64,000 bases of DNA, from positions 62,001 to 126,000 of the forward strand of contig QPMI01000095.1 of the NCBI GenBank assembly GCA_004431415.1, read 5' to 3'. The DNA is from Cyanophora paradoxa CCMP329 (Eukaryota > Plantae > Glaucophyta). The position numbers were made by a program, and so were the translations under genes. Shown here one piece after another: positions 1 to 8,022 of the stretch (its first letter is position 1; each line of letters opens with the position of its first letter). The notes beneath the pieces were generated by a model. The model made no database searches. It was not told the origin of the DNA and saw only the letters and a list, made by a program, of their open reading frames with translations.

Positions 1-648
1 CAAATGCAGGAGCTGCTTCCAGTTGATGCAGATAGAAATTTAACTAGATACTGGCGTTTAAGTGTTCCGCTGCCAGCTGCAGTTATGAGCAAGCTTGATG
101 ATGCCTCCCCTTCGAATATTTCTTATTTGATTTCCACGACTGATTTATGGCTGAAACAAACCGAAATAAATGCTAAAATAAATGCACTCTGCAGCTTTCT
201 ACTGGCGAACTACGACCTACTGAACGATGAGAGACTTATCATATCGTCTACCTTAACAGTTGAGCCGCCATTTGATGTCAACTGGTTTATAATTCCAGAT
301 GCAAACATCACAAGCAACGACTTTGAGGAATTGCACCCACCTTCTCACGTTCGACCTAACTCAACAGGGTTCCAAGGGGGCACTTTACCTAATCCCTGGA
401 TCAAAGTCGAGTTTCCTAAGCCTTTTGAGCTACATCAAATAATTATGTATGGGCCAGCCTTTGCCGCCGGAGTCCTATTTAATTTCAGCATTCTGACCAA
501 TTTAGGATATTTACGAGACGGGTCACTATTTGAAAATACGGTCCTAGCCAATGTGCTTGCTGCAAACCCATCTATGACAGGCTTCGAGCAAATGCATAGT
601 GACTCGCACTTGATCACCCACAGGTGTATAACTATGTGCAAATTATAA
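1..648 (+). CDS. Viral hypothetical protein, probably N-terminally truncated by the window; possible discoidin/galactose-binding-like beta domain
   Basis: Frame is open from base 1. The segment NPWIKVEFPKPFELHQIIMYG resembles the W-I-x-V-D-L...I...I motif of F5/8 type C/discoidin-like domains. Confidence 0.5.
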   Translation, partial: QMQELLPVDADRNLTRYWRLSVPLPAAVMSKLDDASPSNISYLISTTDLWLKQTEINAKINALCSFLLANYDLLNDERLIISSTLTVEPPFDVNWFIIPDANITSNDFEELHPPSHVRPNSTGFQGGTLPNPWIKVEFPKPFELHQIIMYGPAFAAGVLFNFSILTNLGYLRDGSLFENTVLANVLAANPSMTGFEQMHSDSHLITHRCITMCKL

Positions 649-701
649 CAAACGAATTTATAAATGTGAACGCGTTCCGGCTTGATTTCCGGGGACGTTA
701 C

Positions 702-1619
702 CTAAACTAGAAATTGCAGTTCACCAGACCAAGGCAGGCCATTCAGAGAGACGTCATCACCATCTCTGTCGACAATGCGCAGTCGCAGAGAGGTCAGCAC
801 CAGGCGCTCTTCGATGTGGATCCACTCGCCGTCATTTTCCTGATTTATATAAACGAACTTGCCAACATCCTGGCTCATCTGGATTCGAGCGAGCCCGTAA
901 TTACACATTGATTTAGCCCCACGGCGAAGCTTCGAAGCAAACGGCCGTAGCTCTTCGCAGACAAGGAAGAGGTACTGGTCGCTGTTCATGTCGATTATCT
1001 TTGGAAATTCGACGGCGTAACCAAGTGCTATACTCTGCATTCTTCCGGTGAAATCCACGCCGTACTCAGGGTGAGCAGGTGTCACTGGAATGCCAGCAAC
1101 CTCTAGATACCGCTCAGCTGCAGTTGCTGGTCTTTGCGGCCCTTCAAGCACAATAGGAGACAGCTGGAGGGGCTCATTTCGGTTCAGCCCGAGCAGATTC
1201 GATAAGGCTTTGAACTGGCAGGTCAGTGTGCAGGAACGGTTGCAATACGCAGACATTTTCAGCGTCTCTGGGTCTCGAAATAGTTTAAAATACGCAATTG
1301 AAATCCCTTCTAGCTCAATATTAAATGATAGGCCAAAGTTGTAAATATCTGTTTCGCCCAGATTTGCAGTCGTAATTATGCCAGGCTCAAACACCTCCAC
1401 GTTTTGCGTTCCAAGGTAGGGAAAGGTGATGGAAAGATACTCAGCTTTAATGCTGGTGTAAAGGCTGTTTGCGAACTCACACTGGGTTAGTCGAACAGCA
1501 ACTGGATTGATTATCGGTTCATTGATTTCGAGCACGAAGTTTGCCTCTGAATCGATTGGCCTTCTGTCTCTGCTGTCAAAGGTAAGCCTGGCGCAGCGTC
1601 GATGCTTGTCTTTGACCAT
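702..1619 (-). CDS. Minor capsid (penton-like, single jelly-roll) protein 1
   Basis: N-terminal LTFDSRDR...NFVLEINEPIINPVAVRLTQCEFANSLY and C-terminal LTSLRLRIVDRDGDDVSLNGLPWSGELQF match the pattern of PLV/NCLDV penton-like proteins. Confidence 0.75.
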   Translation of the reverse strand: MVKDKHRRCARLTFDSRDRRPIDSEANFVLEINEPIINPVAVRLTQCEFANSLYTSIKAEYLSITFPYLGTQNVEVFEPGIITTANLGETDIYNFGLSFNIELEGISIAYFKLFRDPETLKMSAYCNRSCTLTCQFKALSNLLGLNRNEPLQLSPIVLEGPQRPATAAERYLEVAGIPVTPAHPEYGVDFTGRMQSIALGYAVEFPKIIDMNSDQYLFLVCEELRPFASKLRRGAKSMCNYGLARIQMSQDVGKFVYINQENDGEWIHIEERLVLTSLRLRIVDRDGDDVSLNGLPWSGELQFLV

Positions 1620-1646
1620 TTTTATTCTCTAACTGATATAAAAAAG

Positions 1647-2603
1647 ATGCCTACGGACTACGTCTGCATTGCAAGTCACCAAGCGGAGGAGCTGACATCC
1701 ACCTCGAAATTTAAAGTAAGACTGCCTAAAGTTTATCAGGATGTGAAAGCCGTGCGCTTGGTATCAGCTGAGATCCCCAACACTATGAGCACAATCGATG
1801 TACTCGATCCGGCAGAGGATTTAGTCTTTAACACCTATATATATTGGTGCAAATATGATCCCACTAATGAAGGACCCGACCCACCTCAGGCCGGATTTGG
1901 AGCGTGGAATAACATTGCAATTCCACCTGGAAATTACGACGTCACCTCGCTTGTGACAGAGATAAACGAAAGGTTGACGGGAACAGGTATCACGTGCACG
2001 TATAATTCAGCGATCAAATTAATAGGGTTCACAGCTAACTTCGAGTTCTTTATTGCTCTGATGTTGCCAACGAACCAGGGTGGGCGGGAAGTCAGAAACT
2101 ACCAGGCCGTTGCAAGGGCTCAGCGAACTGCAAAGCTTCTAGGGCTGAGATCAATTCTACCGATTCGGTCAAAGACATTATCTATAAATACTGAATATAT
2201 AGCAGGCGCTTATGAGCCTGATGTCACTCCTGATGATCATGTGCTCCTACGAATTCCTGAAATTGGTGACCTTGTCAGTATGCCGAACACGTCAATACCT
2301 GGCTTCTTCTCGAAGCTGAGCATTCCAAGCGTCCTTCGTCCAGGCGAGATAGCATACTATGATTCAACTGAAGCACATCCTTTGTACAAGTATATTTATT
2401 CAAAGCTGGACCTCTACTCTGTGACTATTGAGATTTACGATTTTATGCAGCGAATTGCTGATTTAAATGGAGGTCCTGTCTCATTTATACTCGAAATTCG
2501 TTATGGCCCAGATGAACCCAATGGCGATGTTGTCTACGAGCTCGCCAAGCTTCAGCTCCAGAAAAGGTCAAAGACATATCCTTGGATCAATTCGTCAAAC
2601 TGA
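1647..2603 (+). CDS. Minor capsid (penton-like) protein 2
   Basis: ATG at 1647. Motifs FKVRLPKVYQDVKAVRLVSAEIPNT, IPPGNYDVTSLVTEINERL and SVTIEIYDFMQRIADLNGGPVSFILEI place it in the same family as 702-1619. Confidence 0.75.
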   Translation: MPTDYVCIASHQAEELTSTSKFKVRLPKVYQDVKAVRLVSAEIPNTMSTIDVLDPAEDLVFNTYIYWCKYDPTNEGPDPPQAGFGAWNNIAIPPGNYDVTSLVTEINERLTGTGITCTYNSAIKLIGFTANFEFFIALMLPTNQGGREVRNYQAVARAQRTAKLLGLRSILPIRSKTLSINTEYIAGAYEPDVTPDDHVLLRIPEIGDLVSMPNTSIPGFFSKLSIPSVLRPGEIAYYDSTEAHPLYKYIYSKLDLYSVTIEIYDFMQRIADLNGGPVSFILEIRYGPDEPNGDVVYELAKLQLQKRSKTYPWINSSN

Positions 2604-2733
2604 GTCGCCAGAGTCGCAGACAAGCCGAAGGCAAGGAGCCACTTGTGCTCCGCACAGCGACCGCTGCGCCAAGCTGGCTCGCCGGCGGCTAAGCGCTGAA
2701 TTATTTTCTTCCGTTTGAATTATAAACACTTCA

Positions 2734-4120
2734 ATGGATGTTACCCAGAACTTGCAACGTCTTGGTCTAAAGGAGCTGCTCACAACTCCGCAGGAAGCTA
2801 AGGATTTCTTTATGAATAACGAGCTTATGTTAGGTCTAACCAGCCAAACAAAGCCTGTGCGTGTCGTTGTCAACCCTAGCAATGACTATGGAGACTGCTT
2901 CGGAAAGAGGGTTACTTATTTCCTACCCCGTTACAATTTCCTTCAGGGGCTTGAACTCCAGTTTACCCTGCCCGAGCTGACCGCTTTTACTGGTGACACT
3001 GACCTGGTTCGCACTGGTTATCTGCGGTCTGTTGGTGCTCTTGTAAAGCGAATTGAAATCAAATATGCTTCCTACAGCTACATCGTCCCTGAGGACTGGC
3101 TTGTTCACAGCGCTCTGATTTTCAATGATGATGCTCAGCTCAAAAAGAAATACCGGTCAGGTGGCTGGCTACATGGAACACCACCTCAGGGGACAAATCG
3201 CACTGGAGGTATTTTCAGTGTAAAAATCCCCTGTCCATGGAGGGTTCTGTGCTCCCAATTGGTGCTCTTTCTGGCGAGGTGTCTGTCGAGGTTTGGTTCC
3301 GTGATCGTGCCCAGGGCTTTGTTGAGACCAGCTATGGTGGTAGGTTTGTAACGGAATATGCCATAGGCGGTGATGCGACTAAAGAAGATGGACTCGGGAG
3401 CGTGGGAGCCGCTGCTGCATCCCTGCAAACATCGGCCAGAATATAACTCCCAATGTCCTCACTGTCACTCCTGAAAAACCCGAGCTTTCGAATCCGAAGA
3501 TTATAGCTCACTGCATCAATGTTGATGAGGCCACTTTTGCCCAGGTGATTGAGAAAGTCAAATCTTCGGGGATTGCCATTCCCGCTACCGATGTCGGCTG
3601 GGTTGATGCTGATTCAATTACATATGCTGGTGCGGGAGCGCCCACCCGGATTAATCTGTCTCAAATCAGTGGACTTTGCTACGGTCTGTTCGTTAGCATT
3701 CGCAAACAGCCAAACATGAACCAAACTGACGGAAAACACAGTGTCCTCAAAACCGAGGCGAATACTCGTGATATCACTATTTCCTGCGAATTGAATGGCC
3801 AGCGGCTTTATTCAAACGAGCCTGTTCCTCTATTGCAAGGTGCTGAACTCATCGCTGATGTCTTCAAGTGCTCAAATCTCGACGCGCCTCTTAATCGATA
3901 TGTTCTGACTGGTTTGCCATTTTGCATTAGTGGGGATAAATCGATCCGAAATGCTGCTCAAACTGGTTTCGTAGATCTGACGAACTCGAGCAGCTGCTTC
4001 CTGAATATCATGAACCCTGCTGCGTATGATGCTAACAACAAGATTTACGTCCAAATTCGCGCTCTCCTGCACACTGTCCTAATTGTTGATGCTGCGGGTC
4101 TTCGCAAAGTTAACCTCTAG
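2734..4120 (+). CDS. Double jelly-roll major capsid protein (~462 aa after repairing two -1 frameshifts at ~3228-3231 and ~3421-3423)
   Basis: FGKRVTYFLPRY...LELQFTLPEL, GALVKRIEIKY and restored KIPL...VLPIGALSGEVSVEVWFR follow DJR MCP motifs. The three consecutive frames join, and the gene lies between the penton and ATPase genes. Confidence 0.8.
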
Positions 4121-4182
4121 AGAATCTGCTAATCTCGGTAGTTGGGCGCAGCCGAGGCAGCTTGTCTGCCGACTATTTTTTG

Positions 4183-4911
4183 ATGGATCAGTTCCAGCCT
4201 AGCGATATGAGGGTTCCATTCAAAGCCCTATTCATTTCAAAGTCTAATAGTGGGAAGTCTTTCTATTGCACAAAGCATTTGCTTCGACTGCTTTATCCAA
4301 AGATCAATCGCGTCGTAGTGTTTACGGCCACCAAATTCAATGGTGAATACTCTGCAATAACTAAAGAGCTTTACGACGATTTTCAGCCATCTATCGTTGC
4401 AGAAATCATTGATTCACAGCGAAATTTGATTGAAAACAAAAAGAAAGCGCCGCAGATATTGCTTGTATTGGATGATCTCGTTGCTGCCTCTGAAACTGTT
4501 GATCTGCGAAATAGCAAGACCGTTAATCGACTTTTTACACAAGGTCGTCATTTTAATATCAGTACGATTCTTATGACCCAAAAGCTTACAGCATTGAGTC
4601 AATCTATAAGATCGAACTCCGACTATTGTTTTTTCTTCAGTTACTCTAATCATACCGAGCTCGAGGCAATTTATAGAGAATTTAGTCATCTCCCGAAAGA
4701 TGAGTTTATTGCTTTGTTCGAGACTTGGGCGCATGATTATCAGTGCCTAGTCCTTGATGGAACGAAGTATGATACTGCCTGGTATGTTGATAAAGCTGTT
4801 GAAGATAAGAGTTTTCGTTTCTCTAAATGGCTAAGACAAGAAGAAGAGTCTAAAAAAGAAGAGTCTTCGCCTGTTATCTCTAAAAAGAAGCGTTTTAAAA
4901 TCTTAGCATAA
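4183..4911 (+). CDS. A32-like (FtsK/HerA superfamily) genome packaging ATPase
   Basis: Walker A variant SKSNSGKS, Walker B LLVLDD, and the A32 motif LFTQGRHFNISTILMTQ. Confidence 0.92.
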   Translation: MDQFQPSDMRVPFKALFISKSNSGKSFYCTKHLLRLLYPKINRVVVFTATKFNGEYSAITKELYDDFQPSIVAEIIDSQRNLIENKKKAPQILLVLDDLVAASETVDLRNSKTVNRLFTQGRHFNISTILMTQKLTALSQSIRSNSDYCFFFSYSNHTELEAIYREFSHLPKDEFIALFETWAHDYQCLVLDGTKYDTAWYVDKAVEDKSFRFSKWLRQEEESKKEESSPVISKKKRFKILA

Positions 4912-4920
4912 GAACAGAAG

Positions 4921-5553
4921 ATGCCACGTGGGATTCCAAGAAAGGGTTTTCGTGAACGAAGGGTGCTCCCAGAGCCAAACGCCCCTCTCATCGAAAGTGG
5001 TGCGACAGAGGGCGCAGCTGTTGCTGCTCCTAGCGGTGAACTAGCTAGTGACCCACGTCTTAATGCACCCGTTGCTAAAACGATCGCCTCGGCAGCAGCT
5101 AATGCCAGTGCGGTTGACGACCGACAAAGCCAGGTCAAAACTGTATCTGAAATGCAGTACGATATTGATGATGATGCTGCTAGAATTATCCAAGCCATGG
5201 CGTCTGAACCACGTTATTCAGGGCCGAAAATCAAGACAGCAACAGTGTCAAAAAGTCAGATTGACGAGTTGGCTGCCAAATTGCGTGATCTAGAAGCGAG
5301 GTCGGCTAATATCGAATCATATGTAAAAGATAAGCAAGAAAGAGCTAAGATCCGCGAGATGTTGCGAAGCGAGATGTTTAAGCACAGACCCATGGACGTG
5401 CCGGATTTGCGGTATCTGAAAAACGAAAAAGCTAAAGCCGAGCAATCGCTTGACTCTGCCGAAGTAAAACCTGCAACTCCAAATGTTTTCGAGCCAAATG
5501 TTACTGGGTCGCAGATGAAGAATGCGATGGGTGGCCAGAGGATTCGGTTGTAA
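4921..5553 (+). CDS. Viral hypothetical protein (basic N-terminus, Ala-rich, coiled coil); possible core protein
   Basis: Intact 210-aa ORF starting 9 bp after the ATPase stop; no recognisable domain. Confidence 0.6.
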   Translation: MPRGIPRKGFRERRVLPEPNAPLIESGATEGAAVAAPSGELASDPRLNAPVAKTIASAAANASAVDDRQSQVKTVSEMQYDIDDDAARIIQAMASEPRYSGPKIKTATVSKSQIDELAAKLRDLEARSANIESYVKDKQERAKIREMLRSEMFKHRPMDVPDLRYLKNEKAKAEQSLDSAEVKPATPNVFEPNVTGSQMKNAMGGQRIRL

Positions 5554-6070
5554 AATTCAGATGCAGAAATGGCTTATCCTCGGCGGACGTATGATGAAGG
5601 GCATAGGTGTCTCTGGCTTTAGCAGCAGCTTCAGCAGTAGTATAGTAGCCGATGTGTTTCCGATGTCCGTTTATCTGATAGTATGCTTTCCATTTACCAA
5701 GCTGCTGATTGAATGAAACACCAATGAAACCGCTGGTGTTTGTGACCCGCCGATTCTGGTTTAGAGTCTGCTGCCGCTTTGTTGCCAGTCGAAAATTTTC
5801 GCGTCTATTATCAAGTTTGTTCAGATTTATATGATCAACAGTTAAACCATTCTCCAACTCGCCACTGATGAAATTATGCATTCTTACCTTCTTACCATTG
5901 ATGATGGTTTTGGCGTATCCATTATCTAAACTCCAGCGAAATCCAAGCACACGATCAGCATCTTCCTGTGAAACAAGAGCATAAGCAATGATGACTTTGC
6001 GGCGATTGCGAATTCCACCAAGCGGGATTGCTACAGCGCCTTCAGGAACCTCTGGAATTGTGACTTCCAT
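5501..6070 (-). CDS. HNH endonuclease fused to an AP2 DNA-binding domain
   Basis: RMHNFI...VDHINLNKLDNRRENFRLAT (HNH) is followed by NTSGFIGVSF...GKWKAY...HIGYYTTAEAAAKARD...LNF (AP2). First ATG at 6070. Confidence 0.9.
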   Translation of the reverse strand: MEVTIPEVPEGAVAIPLGGIRNRRKVIIAYALVSQEDADRVLGFRWSLDNGYAKTIINGKKVRMHNFISGELENGLTVDHINLNKLDNRRENFRLATKRQQTLNQNRRVTNTSGFIGVSFNQQLGKWKAYYQINGHRKHIGYYTTAEAAAKARDTYALHHTSAEDKPFLHLNFTTESSGHPSHSSSATQ

Positions 6071-6120
6071 GTCTTTCTTTACAATCTGAGATTGCGATCT
6101 CTTTAAGCCTAGTTCAGAGT

Positions 6121-6456
6121 TCAAAAGCCCGGCCCATCCGCCTCTGATATCGATAAGTCCAGATCAAGGTCATCTGCTGGTGATAACTCCACATTTTGTG
6201 GCTGCGTAGAATTTTGGGCTGCAGCCTGAGCAATCCTAGCAGCTCTTTCTTTTTTGTACAATCCCCACATAATGTCTGGTTTTGTCTCTCGGATTAGCTT
6301 AGATGCCTTGACAAACTGAGCGCGATCATAATCACTTAGCCTGGCCCATCGACACAACCAGTGAGCATATGATGGATCTCTGAAAGCAACTTCAAGGTGT
6401 GTATGCCCTTTGTATTTCCCAATTCTCAGTATTGTCAGGCGCAGCGGCGATTCCAT
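6121..6456 (-). CDS. Small protein with a GKYKG...DPSY..WL motif (DUF3820/exodeoxyribonuclease X C-terminal-like)
   Basis: IGKYKGHTHLEVAFRDPSYAHWL matches the FGK(Y/H)KG..(E/D)..DPxY..W motif. Confidence 0.6.
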   Translation of the reverse strand: MESPLRLTILRIGKYKGHTHLEVAFRDPSYAHWLCRWARLSDYDRAQFVKASKLIRETKPDIMWGLYKKERAARIAQAAAQNSTQPQNVELSPADDLDLDLSISEADGPGF

Positions 6457-6543
6457 GATGCTTTAAAAGATAGAAATAAATCTCGTGATTCTAGCGCGAT
6501 TTATACCGCTTAAATAATTTAGATCCTTAAATGAAAGAGGGAA

Positions 6544-6822
6544 ATGGAGTCAGCGCAGCGTCGCAAACCAGGGCGCAAACCGATTGCTCTTACGCCAGAG
6601 ATTATTCAAGCAAGAAGGGAGAAGAAAGCAGAGTACCACCGCAGAAAATACAGCGAGGACCCTGCATATCGCCAGAGACACATTGAGCAGAGCAGCAGAT
6701 ATCAGGCTTCGCACAAAGATGCTCACAACGAGGCAAACAAGCGCTATCGCACTCGGTTGATAAATCGAATCTCTGTACTTGAGAGTGCCCTAGCTTCCGC
6801 TGGAATCAGCGTCTCGGTCTAA
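6544..6822 (+). CDS. Small basic, bZIP-like putative DNA-binding protein
   Basis: RRKPGRKP hook, a basic helix, and NEANKRYRTRLINRISVLESAL (basic region plus short zipper). Confidence 0.5.
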   Translation: MESAQRRKPGRKPIALTPEIIQARREKKAEYHRRKYSEDPAYRQRHIEQSSRYQASHKDAHNEANKRYRTRLINRISVLESALASAGISVSV

Positions 6823-8022
6823 GTGTCCTCGTGTTGCTGGGCGCAGAATAAGAGGCCTTCGCATTTTCAAAAGACGTGTACCACCGAGCTGTCGAACCTC
6901 CTGGATTTAACGCCTTGGTTCCAGCAGTAAGCAGCTGCTTTTGAACCCGGAGAAGTCTCTTATTTTTTTCGATGTCTGACTTGTCCAGATTCTCTTGCAT
7001 CAAATTCAGCTCCTGCTTTCGACGGCGAAGGGCATTCTGTGCAGCACTTCCAGCCCGCCGCTGCTCTGTCTCTGCTGGCACTTTCAGCAGCTGCTGGTAG
7101 CTCACCTCCTTGTCGTATCCAGCAAGCTTGAACTTGAGCAGAGGGCCAAATCCTCCTATAGCTTCAATCTGATAGACTTCTTTTGAGTACGTCGGCTTCG
7201 TTGATTTATCAAACGTGTTCCTCGCCAGCTTTACGCGCACAGAGTCTCCTACCTTGAACTCGGCCTCTTTCAGATAGTGCTGCTGCTCGTACGCCTCTCT
7301 CTGATAATCGTTTCTTGCAATAACAGGTGCTGGGTTCTTTGCTGCCTCATCAGGCGTAGTTTTAATAGCTCTATGCTCGGAGCTGTTATAGTTGCGCAGA
7401 AAGGATGGCAGCTTATCGATATATCGGTCGGTGTCGTACGCCTCCATGTATCTTGCAATGATCCGCTTCAGAGTACCATTAAAGCGCTCTACCTTTCCAT
7501 TTGCCTGCGGACGATGCGCCTCGACAGCATTGTGCTTTATCCCTCGGCTGCTAGCATAGTTGCAGCTGTAGCCTTGAATTCCTGATCCGTCTGAATGATA
7601 TCGGGCTTCACCGGAAAGCTTGCTATGAGCTGCCGCAGTGTCGAAAGCAGGGTCCCCTCGCTTTTATTTTTCATTGGGATGCTGTACGCTTTCCGGGTTA
7701 CAACATCCACAGCGTTCATGATGAAGTGCACTCCGCGGTTGCTTCTAGCATAGGGACTGACATCGATCAAATCCACTTCATAATACTTCTCTGGGTGATT
7801 ATACGTGATACTGGTGTACGGCTTCTCTTTCACCGGTTTTGCAAAGCGCTGAGCTGTGGACAGCTTCGCGAGCACTGCCTGCACCCTTGCCAGCGGCATC
7901 TTCAGCTTCTTAGCTATCCGTGCAGCTGACTGGAGCCCTGTCTCAGGATCATAGTAAGCATCAGAGATCGACAAAGTCAAGGTTGCCTTCTTGGCTGCCG
8001 CCTGTTGCTCGAACGTATTCAT
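6806..8022 (-). CDS. Polinton-type retroviral-like (rve, DDE) integrase (~405 aa after repairing a -1 frameshift at ~7541-7543)
   Basis: YYDP, EVDLIDV (D), IQTDQEF (D), restored PQANGKVERFNGTLK (E), YNSSEHRAIKTTP, and FKVGDSVRV...FDKSTKPTYSKEVY. Confidence 0.92.
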
